DNA of 27,202 nt from Ginkgo biloba (lineage: Eukaryota; Plantae; Ginkgophyta). The stretch's first letter is position 1. Each line of letters starts with the position of its first letter. Position numbers and translations under genes: made by a program. The notes beneath the pieces were generated by a model that saw only the letters and a list, made by a program, of their open reading frames with translations, was not told where the DNA came from and searched no databases. Below, one piece after another: positions 1-11,674 of the stretch. The stretch is taken from positions 116,370,317 to 116,397,518 of the forward strand of contig JANKJI020000002.1 of NCBI GenBank assembly GCA_024626585.2, given 5' to 3'.

Positions 1-1368
1 ACTAGAGGTGTTCCACAATAATTCTCCAAGTGAATATTAATCACTCTAACACTTAGTTATTTCCTATTTTAAAAACTAGTGGATTTTTAAAAATGAATTA
101 TAAATTAATATTTATCATAAAATAATGTCCCATCATGCTCTTAATTAGCACTAAAAATATTTATAAAATTAATATAGATTTTGAAATAATCACGAAACAT
201 TAAGGTGTTTTATTTAAAGGATCCTTTAACCCTTTGGTCTTGTGTAAAATACATGGAATATAGTAGTAGTATTTATTATTCCCGAGTTGTGCATAAGGAT
301 TATTTACTATGAAATAGGATCATAGTAAAGAGGCCATGAGGGCACCTAGTGACAGGTCTAAAGAGATAAGAATAAAATTCTTGATACTTCCACCATCAAG
401 ACTGCATTCTAGAGTCTAAGAAATAGGTTGATAGAAACAAAGATAGTTTGAAGAAGTCATAAATATATACTCATTACAAAATAGAAATGAAGTAATGCAT
501 AGTAAATACACATTTACTGAGTAGTGCTTCTCATTGATAGTTAATAGAGTATATGTTATTTGATACATCCTATAATCCAGNNNNNNNNNNNNNNNNNNNN
601 NNNNNNNATGATCAACCCAAAAGTTAGGAGGTATAGGTCTATTCCCTAGAGTACCTCAAATGTTTGTATGCGTATGTGTATGTGTTTCATGTGTGCCGAT
701 AAAGAAAGTGATTCTACTACAAGTAAACAAGAAGAACAACCCCCCTCCTATGTGAATGCACTCTGAAACATGATTTCAAATAATATGAAAGAAATAATAA
801 TGATTTACTCTACCTCTTTTTCTTTCCATTTTAACCCATATGAAATATGAAATGTTCTATGTAGTGAAATTCAATTTTTTTATTTGAAGGAATAAGTCGC
901 AACTTTCCCTAAAAGGATTTTTTAAAATCAAAGAACTCTGTGGGACCCTCAAGAGATTGTAGGGACCTCTAAAAGATGTAGAAGATCATATCCTCGTGAA
1001 GGAATTTGGATGAGGTCAATGAATTTACCTAGATAATATGTGTGAGATGAGTTTATCCTAATGTTATCATGCACAAAATAAAAAATTGAAATACAATACA
1101 ATAATGAAAGTCCCACCCCTACTAAAAGAAGTCAAATAAGTTGAAACGGAGGTATGGAGCTTGAGGGACTCCAAAAAGTACTATGAGGAAACTAGACCTA
1201 ATTTATGGATGAAATCATATCTCACTCCTAAAAAGAGTAAGGAATACTTTCTATTAAATGGTAAATACCACCAATAAAGTAAGATTCAGTAGGAGTTTGA
1301 CTAGTAAATTGATGAAAATATAGCAGTAAAGAATAGTACTCTGGATCAGTATTTGAGCATGCACTTAC
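1..1368 (-). other. Intron 1 of the PRK gene (5' part; extends beyond the window)
   Basis: Consensus GTAAGT donor at 1368-1363 (minus). No exon-2-like peptide (F/YDERVR..LDFSIYLDIS) found in 1-1362. The sequence is AT-rich. Confidence 0.8.
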
Positions 1369-1982
1369 AAGGGATGCAAGCCTTCAATTATCAGAATTTT
1401 TGGCGGAAGAATGCACTCGGGAGGATCCAAAGTGCCAGTGAGATGATTATAAATGGGTTTCATGACAGGGCTTCCCTGTTTCAATGCTTTTATGTGGTGA
1501 TACATAAGGTCGAAGTCATTAGCCCCTGGATCAAGGGCAGTAACGCCCTTCTGTTTCCTTTCTATTCTGTTGAGGGAATGGTAATCATCCAAACATATGA
1601 CCGTGGTGTCATCGCTGATGAGCGTATTGGAATCAGGATTAGCATTCGAAGGAGAGCCCCCAAATGCACTTAATAGACGACGCATGAACGTGCTCTTCCC
1701 ACAACCGGAATCGGCGGCCAGCCCAATGACTATGGTATTATTCAGCTCTTGACACGAATTGCATATGGCCAGTGCCCAATGCCGTTTAGGTGCCTTATTG
1801 CACCGATCCTTTGCCTTAAACAAGGTAAAGCGGGGCTTAGTATACACAGACTTACGAATCCATTTGATAGAAGCCTTGGACTTGGAATTCAGGTATCTTT
1901 GGTGGCCAATATTAATGAATATATCCGACTGCATGCTGGAATGATCGTTCAGAGAGATCAAAGATGCACCAGCAGAAGCCAT
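1369..1982 (-). CDS. PRK: Phosphoribulokinase (chloroplast precursor), coding exon 1 of a divergent PRK/PRK-like gene; later exons lie outside the window
   Basis: Translation contains the plant PRK motifs IVIGLAADSGCGKSTFMRRL (P-loop), NPDSNTLISD, VICLDDYHSL, VTALDP, ANDFDLMY, KPIYNH and KILIIEGLHP. The ATG has good context (cccATGGC). The ORF ends at CCC TT|GTAAGT, a phase-2 splice donor at 1368, so the TAA in the ORF track is intronic. About 75-78 N-terminal aa are Ser/Lys/Arg-rich, as expected for a transit peptide. Confidence 0.95.
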
Positions 1983-2329
1983 GGGCTATGGACCATAATT
2001 GGGAAAATTCATATCCCCATGTAATGATAGTATACAAAGCCGATGCGTATAAAGAGAATTGCGTGCAGGAAGTGGACAAATGCCACTGTCCAAATGATCG
2101 AAGGCTGAAAGCAACTGCAATGGTGATGTTGNNNNNNNNNNNNNNNNNNNNNNNNNNNNNNNNNNNNNNNNNNNNNNNNNNNNNNNNNNNNNNNNNNNNN
2201 NNNNNNNNNNNNNNNNNNNNNNNNNNNNNNNTACAAAATGGATATAAATAAATGTTGGATTTAATTTGGTACACAATTGTATATTATATAAAAGAGGGTT
2301 AAGAAATTACTCATGGGTATAAAATACGG

Positions 2330-3620
2330 GGTGAAAAATAACGTTTAGATCCTATATAATGTTATTATTTATTAGTTATATCACATAATTTTTTTTAGAG
2401 TTTATACTAAGTGACCCCCTTGGGGTATAAATCAAAGTTAAAAATATAACCATAAGTGTCGCCAATCACACAAATTACTACAATGTGAAAGATATCAATT
2501 AAGGTCACATTCTTATAATGTAATTAAAAATATGATTAACCACTACTATAATTCCCAAAAGTGATTATCCATCCATATTTTGATACATGAGGGTACGTAT
2601 TGTTCATCGCTATTTAAACTACTAGAGTATTTAAAAATTATTTTCCTTACTTCAATATAGGAATTCTTAGAGACACTTATGATAATAATTTCATCTTCAA
2701 ATTCTTCATCACTAGATTCTCAATAATTGGATAGAAATTCTACTTACTCTACTTCCTTTAGTAACGATGGGATCATCATATACAATGCTAGTATAATAAC
2801 AACTCTATTGTGTAGAATCTTCTTATGCTTCTTGTAGCTAATGAAGCATATGTTATGATATGGAAACATTGTTATTAATCTAAATTTAAACATGCTAATA
2901 GGGCTTGTATTGATCCTTATATATAATTGTGAGGAGATCTTGGATAACTTGATAAGAAATTTTAGAATAAGAGTTGGTTTTGTATTCTATAGTAATTATA
3001 GTACTCAAAATAGTATATTTATTACTAAATAGTCTTGAAAAATCATCTTCTATTAAATTTTATGCATAGGCCCCACATAACTCTAGTGGAATATTAATAT
3101 GATATCCAATTCCATATAGTATAAATATTCTTTTTCCCTAATGTTGGATAGCTTCCATGGCATTTTCCATTATCGACTGAGCAAGGCTCGGTAAGTGGTG
3201 TTTCCTTTTATTCTAATTACCACAAATCCTTATTCAATTATGATTCCTTCCATAGTGACCAAAATNNNNNNNNNNNNNNNNNNNNNNNNNNNNNNNNNNN
3301 NNNNNNNNNNNNNNNNNNNNNNNNNNNNNNNNNNNNNNNNNNNNNNNNNNNNNNNNNNNNNNNNNGTGTGATGTTGTCCCAATGGATGCATGCCATGTAC
3401 TTTTGGGAAGATCGTGGTTGTTTGATAGGAGAATCATGCATGATGGAAGGAGAAACACCTACACCATCACCAAGGATAATAATAAGTTTGAATTGATCCC
3501 CTTGAGAGAATAATAACCACATCAATCCATATTCATACTAGATAAATTTCTTAAAAGAGAATCCATATATCTAAACCACAAGAGACATTAGTTTAGGATA
3601 AATATAGTAGATGATAAAGA
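2330..3620 (-). mobile_element. Highly decayed Ty1/copia pre-integrase/integrase remnant
   Basis: Minus-strand motifs occur in copia order with stops and frameshifts: STWHASIG (~LWHxRLGH), EPC..GKCHGSYP, H..LCG/GPM, DDFSR, KG..R.SRISIQLLR (~NG..ER.NR), PRGHLV (~KGYR+Y), NVIFH (~RDV.F). A 100-N gap lies inside. Confidence 0.5.
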
Positions 3621-4769
3621 TAATCCAAAACCTTTCTATATCATCTAATATTAATGGGATATTTTCTTAAAGAAGTGAAAATAAAAAAATAGAACTCAAA
3701 AAATATAATTTGGAGACAAAGAAGAATAAATATATATATAATCATAGTTCAAATATATCTAGGTTAGCAAATAAGCATTGATTGTGGTAAGGTGGATATC
3801 TTAGACATATTAGGACTCTTGTAAATATCAAGTCATATTATTTTATAATATTAATTGATATTTTCTTTATGCATTGTTAGTTTGTTTATTTTTTTTACTA
3901 ATAATTATATCTCTTATTTTATGAGTTTGAAAAATTCAAACATTTTCCCACTAAATAGAAGATGGTATTTGGTGTTGAGTAGAGGACTTGGAGATTAAAG
4001 AAAATAAAAAAGAGAAAGTATATATAATAGTGGGAGGAGTTATAGTAAATAAATAGAATAAATAATAAGGTTAAATCAATTTGACATTCACTTTATAGTT
4101 TGTATATGTATATGAAAATCCACTTAGAAGTTTTTATTATAGTCAAATATGCCCAAAGAATATGGATGAAGAAGAAAAATATAATGGATATAGTAAACAA
4201 GATCACAATCCAAATGATCCAATAGGCCCTGATATAAACTAGGTTGTGAATTAATACAAAATTAATTAAACATTAAATTTAAATAAAATGATAACTATAA
4301 AACTTATCAGTCCAAGAATTAAACTTTAACTAGAGAACTTTGATAGGTAAATTAATCTTTTATCTCAATTTTATGGTAAATGCAAAGAGTATTTTTTTTT
4401 TTTAAATCATCAATTATAATAATATACTTAAAATAATCNNNNNNNNNNNNNNNNNNNNNNNNNNNNNNNNNNNNNNNNNNNNNNNNNNNNNNNNNNNNNN
4501 NNNNNNNNNNNNNNNNNNNNNNNNNNNNNNNNNNNNNNNNNNNNNNNNNNNNNNNNNNNNNNNNNNNNNNNNNNNNNNNNNNNNNNNNNNNNNNNNNNNN
4601 NNNNNNNNNNNNNNNNNNNNNNNNNNNNNNNNNNNNNNNNNNNNNNNNNNNNNNNNNNNNNNNNNNNNNNNNNNNNNNNNNNNNNNNNNNNNNNNNNNNN
4701 NNNNNNNNNNNNNNNNNNNNNNNNNNNNNNNNNNNNNNNNNNNNNNNNNNNNNNNNNNNNNNNNNNNTG

Positions 4770-5060
4770 TTGCAAGATGTTGTAATTTTTTGCAAGTTTG
4801 CATATGTATTATAGTACTTATAAACATATGTCAGACTATTTCACATTGGTGGCATACACATGTCATCGTATGGTAGTTTATAGAAAATATGCCTTGGTAT
4901 TTTTTCCATATGCCCACCACAATGTCAATCAAATTTGTAAAGTGTTATCACAATGCTATACATATGTCAAACATATGGATCTATCTATGTTTCCATGTTT
5001 CCTTCAAGTTATATCATTTTATGAAACTTTATCTACCACGTATTATCATCTATAAAATTA
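4770..5060 (-). mobile_element. Decayed gypsy (Tat/Athila-like) integrase zinc-binding fragment
   Basis: CGGHM motif near 4905-4920, followed by a QTCKK (~CxxCQ) remnant; stops and frameshifts throughout. Confidence 0.35.
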
Positions 5061-5643
5061 TTTCTTAGTAGTATTTTTCAAAATATGTGTTGGATTGAGG
5101 TAATTTGTATACTACATTATGCTATATTTTATATAACTATGATTATTAAACAGTTGTAACAAGGGGGTGTGGCACATAGCTCAATTTTTATGAGGTCACT
5201 TTCACATTATAAATGTGAAACCATTGTTTTGAATTTAATATTAAAATGTAGTAGGACATTAATATTACTTTATACTATTTTAATCTTACTATCCTTGATT
5301 GTTAATATGGCAATGTCTATTATAGATCCCGCAATAGTTAATCAAAGAGTTTATAATTATTAGATTTTTATTTTTTATGTATTCACATTAAAAAATATAA
5401 TAGGATATGTATATGGATGGGTGAACACTTTAGTTTCCTATCGGTCCTTTTTCTATTTAGATTCTCCATTAACTCTTTAGCTTATAATATGTATCCATGA
5501 TGGGATGGATGGTTTTTTATTTTTCATTCCTTTTTTACATAACAATATAGAGAGATATAAAATGGTTGTATAGTCTAATAATATTTTATAATGCAAATAA
5601 AATTAATAATTTAACAATATATGTTAACTAAAATCTCTAATAC

Positions 5644-5766
5644 TAAACGTTGATGGGTGGGTGGATTTTTATTATTTTATATATTAACATGTATATACAC
5701 ATACATATTTACATATCTTACATTAATATGTAAAAAAATAAAATTCCATCCATCCATCAACCTTTA
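5644..5766. repeat. Imperfect inverted repeat / hairpin (39-bp arms, ~35-nt loop)
   Basis: 5649-5687 (gttgatgggtgggtggatttttattattttatatattaa) matches the reverse complement of 5723-5761 at 34/39 positions. Confidence 0.85.
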
Positions 5767-5796
5767 ATATGTATACATATATAAAATTATAATTAT

Positions 5797-5906
5797 GTGT
5801 GTATTTATACACATACACATATATGTATGTATGTATGTATGTATATAAACACATACACACACACACACATGTATATGTATATAGATATATAGATATATAG
5901 ATAGAT
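5797..5906. repeat. Compound microsatellite (TG/CA, TATG, TA, GATA units) running into a gap
   Basis: Directly visible tatgtatgtatg, cacacacaca and agatatatagat runs. Confidence 0.85.
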
Positions 5907-6503
5907 NNNNNNNNNNNNNNNNNNNNNNNNNNNNNNNNNNNNNNNNNNNNNNNNNNNNNNNNNNNNNNNNNNNNNNNNNNNNNNNNNNNNNNNNNNNNNN
6001 NNNNNNNNNNNNNNNNNNNNNNNNNNNNNNNNNNNNNNNNNNNNNNNNNNNNNNNNNNNNNNNNNNNNNNNNNNNNNNNNNNNNNNNNNNNNNNNNNNNN
6101 NNNNNNNNNNNNNNNNNNNNNNNNNNNNNNNNNNNNNNNNNNNNNNNNNNNNNNNNNNNNNNNNNNNNNNNNNNNNNNNNNNNTATCATATAATATAGTT
6201 CTTGGTAAACTCCCTATTAAACAGGTGAAAGGGTTTTTGGGGATAAAATGTTACCAACTTTCAATATCAATTTCTAAATTCTTTACATCTATAATAGAAG
6301 CAACCATAAGGAGTAAAAATGCTTTGAGCACTTATTGCTTACCTTGTCCTATGACTATACCAATTCCCCTTTATTGACTTTCCAATGATTAGTTTTGTTT
6401 TTAAACTATNNNNNNNNNNNNNNNNNNNNNNNNNNNNNNNNNNNNNNNNNNNNNNNNNNNNNNNNNNNNNNNNNNNNNNNNNNNNNNNNNNNNNNNNNNN
6501 NNN

Positions 6504-7320
6504 ACCAATGGCAATCTATTAAAGCCATTCTAAATTCATATACCTCAAATTTGATTAGTAGTAAAACATATTGATCTAATAAACACCTCAGGTATTTCTA
6601 TAGGCCCATAAGGTTATATCCATTTTTAGGTACCAATCCATTTTATTTTTTTCTACTATTTTTCTAAGAATATTAAATAGAAAATTATTTATGCTTTTTA
6701 GCAAACCATTAACTTAGGGGTGATAGAAGGAGGAGAAGTGGTGTTTGATCCTTTACTACTTAATAAGATTATATATCATCTTGTTATAAAATTAGGTGTC
6801 TCTATCATAAATCAACTCAATGGGAATTTAAAATGGAAAAACTATATTAGACATAATAAGTCAAACTATCATATTTATGTTATCCTTATTTAGTTCTAGA
6901 GATTCATCCCACTTAGTGAGGTAGTTTATTATCATGATAATATGGTTGTCCTTAGTAGAAGAATGCATTGGAATATATATATAGTCTGGACCCCACATAT
7001 AGAAGGTTCCATTGGCATAACATACCTCATAGGCATATTGGGTAAAACCATTATTTTGGCATTCAACTAGCATCTTTTATAAGTATAATACTATTAATGT
7101 GTATTCTTGAATATGGTAGGATAATGAAAGACTAATTTCACTACCTTCCTAGCTATTTTATTTATAAATAAGTTCCCTCCATAAATAACCTCATGGTAGT
7201 CATCCAAAGTATCCTAAGCTTAATATTGATCAACATATTGGAGCGACGCCCTATCTAGATTATGAAAATAGAGAGCATATACTATGTAGGCATATTTACC
7301 ACTTTATACTTTCAATCTAT
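6504..7320 (-). mobile_element. Decayed Ty3/gypsy integrase, non-chromovirus (Tat/Athila-like)
   Basis: Motifs in order: LDDYHEVIYGGNLF (~H..GGHF), FHYPTIFK (~YWPT+F), ECQ, FYMWGPDY, NYLTKW, HHFSSFYHP*VNGL, DWYLKMDITLWAYRNT. Confidence 0.85.
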
Positions 7321-8399
7321 ATGTTCATCGCTATTCATACCTTTAANNNNNNNNNNNNNNNNNNNNNNNNNNNNNNNNNNNNNNNNNNNNNNNNNNNNNN
7401 NNNNNNNNNNNNNNNNNNNNNNNNNNNNNNNNNNNNNNNNNNNNNNATCATTTTCTATCTTTTGGGTTATTTTCCCCGCTTGGTAGTTGGGATGGCGAAT
7501 GCTTCTCCACACACCTGAATATAATATGGTTAAGATCAAGATCTTCCCTTTCAGTTCTTTCATATAGTTCTCTCCTAATTTTCCCGTCACTACTTCAATT
7601 TTTTTAGCATGAAAAGTGACTTCGTTAAGTCTTTACCCAACTACTTCCTTCCTTCCTTCCTTCAAGGTACATATCAAAAAATGCTTGCCATTTTTTTCCA
7701 TCAAAATGTTATTTTTATGTCGTCTCCATAAAATTGTACAAAATTTACACACCTCTTCAAAGTGTTATAGTGATGCTCCTACATCACTCTCTTCTTACAT
7801 GAGAAACTAAAAAAAACTCTCTCCTCCTATTATTATAAGTTAGTACTAGTGCCTTTACTAATCTATCCTTAATATTGTCCATTAGTTCTAGTTATATGAA
7901 TTGTGCATCTATTTTTAATAATTTATTCATAATGTTTATAATGATGGAAAAAACTACTATAGGTCTCCTATAATAGTTGAATAGGGACCAGACTCCTATA
8001 GCATATGTTGGTGCTAAAATTGAGATAGTATCCTTTATCGCTACTAAATTTGATTTCATACCTTTATCATAAATTATCCACCATAGTAAATTTACTTTGA
8101 TAGTGTAGAAAATATATTTAAGAGATGATCCAGAACCCAAAATGTGTACAATAGAAGAAAATCAAATAAATTATAAATCAAATTCATAAGTTATTATCAT
8201 ATATAAAATATTGATTTTATTAAACAAAAAATAATGAGATGATCTACATGGATTTACAACAAGATTAATAGTAGAATCAAAATCCATAAATTTATAAAGC
8301 TTAGTATACCTCGAAATAATATTGATTATCATAATGCACAAAAATCCTACCCTAAAAAAGGTCAACTTGAAAATTTTTAAAATAAAATCCTATGCTTAA

Positions 8400-9250
8400 G
8401 GATTGAATATTAAGAAGGGATAATTAGAGAACTATCTTAGATATCTACTAACACTTGGTATTCTCTTAATATCACTCCCTTTCTACCTCTAAGAAAAAAT
8501 AACTTTTGAGATTTTATAGTGTTTTTTAGTTGGATGGTGTCAACACCTTATAATGTCATAGGATTTGATATGGTAGTTGTCTTAAAGTGATGATGAATCC
8601 TAGACTCCCTATCATATTTCTAGGNNNNNNNNNNNNNNNNNNNNNNNNNNNNNNNNNNNNNNNNNTTTTAGGTTTTTTTAATATGTCAAATCCTATTGTC
8701 ATATTAGAGCCTTCTGTAACTTTGACAATGACCTTTGATTTGAAAACATATTGTTCTAAGGATTTAACTTGGAATTTATTATATATTTTAGATGATTTGT
8801 CTATCCTCAATAAATATCCCTTCATTAATCTTCCAATAGAGTCTAAAAACCTATTACACAAAGATTCTAAATTAATAAATATCTCAAAACTCATTTGTAG
8901 TATACTGATGGGTAAATTTCCTAGATCCTCATTACAAATCATACTTATTAAAATATGTTGTAGATACTAGACATTATTGGACTCTTACAACCATACGCAA
9001 CTTTTACAACTTGCTACGATACAACTTAATATCAGTGAAACTTTAGATGGATAATCTATCTTATAGAAACATACTTTTATCAATCTATCATTGGATTATG
9101 AATACATATTGGATGGATATTCCAAATTACTTAATATTTATATTATATCATTCATCGTGATAATTTAAAACATGTTTAAAATCATGATTATTCTCAAAAT
9201 AGATGTTGGGACTTATTTTATTTTGCAATTTTTCTTGACTTTTACAACTT
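8400..9250 (-). mobile_element. Possible decayed L1-type LINE ORF1 (DUF4283/zinc-knuckle region)
   Basis: The pattern LGNLPISILQ..(x)..IGRLM..LLRID followed by QLPY resembles plant L1 ORF1. Heavily degraded; boundaries approximate. Confidence 0.4.
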
Positions 9251-9570
9251 CCTCTAATACCTTATGATTTCATTGAGCATGCTTTTCTCCATATAAAAAT
9301 GCATAGGACTTCAATATTTCATAGGTATAAAATGAACATAGGTTCACTCAGGTTATGGAGCCTATACCCTATAGAGTAACTTTCCTTAGGACCCCACCAA
9401 GGGACATTGTCTTGTATATCCCATAAGTAATTTTGGTCATAGACCTAGTAGCTAAAGAAAACTAATTTCTAGATTAATTATTTAGCTTTTATTAAGGTTA
9501 TAAACTACATGCCACAATGAAAAAAAATTCAATAATCATACTTGTTCTTTAAAATTAAACCCAAATTAGA

Positions 9571-11461
9571 CCTCCCTCCTTTAAGGATGGTAGTCTCCAT
9601 AATATTTTAAATGAGTTTAGATTATTCGTTTCTCATATTATTATTTATGAACGTCAAACACCAAATTATACACATGATGCCTGCTTCAAATACCAACATA
9701 GGACCTATAACTCAAATCCAACCATTTACTTGCTTGACATAATTTCCATCTTTTACCAATTGTATGCAAATTTATGGTATCTTGCCTCTATGCCTTCTCT
9801 ATTTTAAATAATTTCATTCTCTTATAATAACTAATCTTCATTTTGAATTATCTCTTCAGGTGGAGGTATTGAGACCTCATCTTCACCTTCCTCTCTTTTT
9901 GACATGGTGGGTTCATATAGCTTTAAGATCACAACATTGAAAATTCGTTAGGTCCCCATATATGATGGAAAATTAAGCTTAAAATCATTCTAACCTAGAA
10001 TCAAAAATGAGTCATATCTAATCATATTTAATTTTATTTTTTAGGTTCTTTCCTTAAAATATATAATTCAATAGGTGAAACCATACTATATCTCCCATTG
10101 AGAACAAAAAATCATCTCTATGCATGTCATATTAAGATTTGAATTTTTATTGAATTTTCAAAAATATCTCCTACACCTTCCTCTATACTTGCATGGTGTG
10201 TTCAATGAATTTCACTAGCTATTGTCGGGCATCATTTTCCTTGAGTGAACTAGTTTTTGGTATAATGATACTAATAGACATAAGATCCCGAGGTAAAAAT
10301 ACTAAACAAGATTTAAAAGGGAAAACTTGAGTTGATTTGTTGAATATATATATAATAGTTATATTAGATATATGGGATGCTTTTATCCTATATATTGTTT
10401 TGATTATGATTGTACATATTCAATAGTTTCACCCCTATCTTATTGATAACTTCAAGCTAACCATTAGTATCTAGATAGAAAGTTGTACTCATATTCAACC
10501 TTGTATCCATGATTTTCTATAAATTCTAATAGAAAATATTGAGAAATATATTATCCTTATCTGATATGATGGAAGTGGAAAATCCAATGTGTACCCACAC
10601 ATGCTTGAATAATTATATTTCTTGATTCCCTATGATTTTATTCTTATGGGGAATTAAGATAGCCATCATACTAAGTATGTATACTACTATAAATATATAA
10701 TAATTTTCTCTTCAAAGGGTTTCTAATCAACTAATACAATCCATATATATTAAATACCATGGTCTAATCGGTACAGGTAAAGGCATGTATTTCTTCAACT
10801 TTGTGTTAGTTGGATTGTAAATACAATATAATGAATATAACTTAATTAATTTTTCAACGTATTAGGCCATCTAAAGAAAATAAAATTATTTTTACATGTT
10901 TAACAAAATATTATGTGGTCTAAAGTGAATTGAAACTTTAAATTAGTGTGCTTCTATGATTAGTTAAGTTTGATGCTCTCTTAGTGGCACATAAATTACA
11001 CTAAGCTTATATAAAATACCATCTTTAACATGATAATCTCTTAAGTATTACTCTTTCATCATAGCCAATTGATGCATTGTAGATTATATCTCTACAAAGT
11101 AAACTTCATCCTTCTAGAACTCTTTGAATTCATTAAAATCCAATTAATCAAGCTTTATAAAGAATTAAAAGTAGCAATAGGGGATATGAAGAGAAAGTCA
11201 ACATTTTTTTTATTATTCCCTCTCTTATATCTAATGATGATATTAAACAACTACAAATAAGTAATTTATTTTACGTGCCTATAATTTTCCCTCTTGGATT
11301 CTATCTATATATATTGAAGTGGATTGTGATTAGAGTATACAATGGATTCCTTATCAAGTAAATAGTCCCTCAACAATTCACTTCTTATAACAATGCATAC
11401 ATTTATTTTGCATAGATAAAGTACCCTTGTAATTCTTCTCGAAAAAATTACGAATGGTACA
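9571..11461 (-). mobile_element. Decayed CRM-like gypsy pol: RNase H, integrase, GPY/F tail, PPT
   Basis: RH: YHS*FF..YAK*MYALL, RDYLLDKESIVYSNHNPLQY. INT: YMPLPVPIRPW..MD, HVWVHIGFSTSIISDKD, MDTRLNMSTTFYLDTNG*LEVINK. Tail: LNFPSYMG..IFNV..LKLYEP. PPT AAAGGAGGGAGG at 9582-9571. A 3' LTR probably follows leftwards, boundary unresolved. Confidence 0.9.
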
Positions 11462-11674
11462 NNNNNNNNNNNNNNNNNNNNNNNNNNNNNNNNNNNNNNN
11501 NNNNNNNNNNNNNNNNNNNNNNNNNNNNNNNNNNNNNNNNNNNNNNNNNNNNNNNNNNNNNGGGATACCTCACAGGTTAGTGTACGAGTATTTCAAGTGA
11601 TGTCCATCATATATTAATGGAATTCCCTTTAGATATATTTATGTAATTTCGTACATGATAATTATTTATTTAGA

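Noticed and set aside
1365-1368. Apparent stop codon giving a truncated 205-aa PRK
   Set aside because: The TAA lies inside the GTAAGT splice donor; this is an exon boundary, not evidence of truncation.
1353-2251. Plus-strand ORFs (106, 91, 61, 95 aa) overlapping PRK
   Set aside because: They are antisense shadows of the GC-richer PRK exon or run into Ns; no recognisable motifs.
7447-7815. Short ORFs in a pyrimidine-rich stretch
   Set aside because: No recognisable domain; probably a TE untranslated region.
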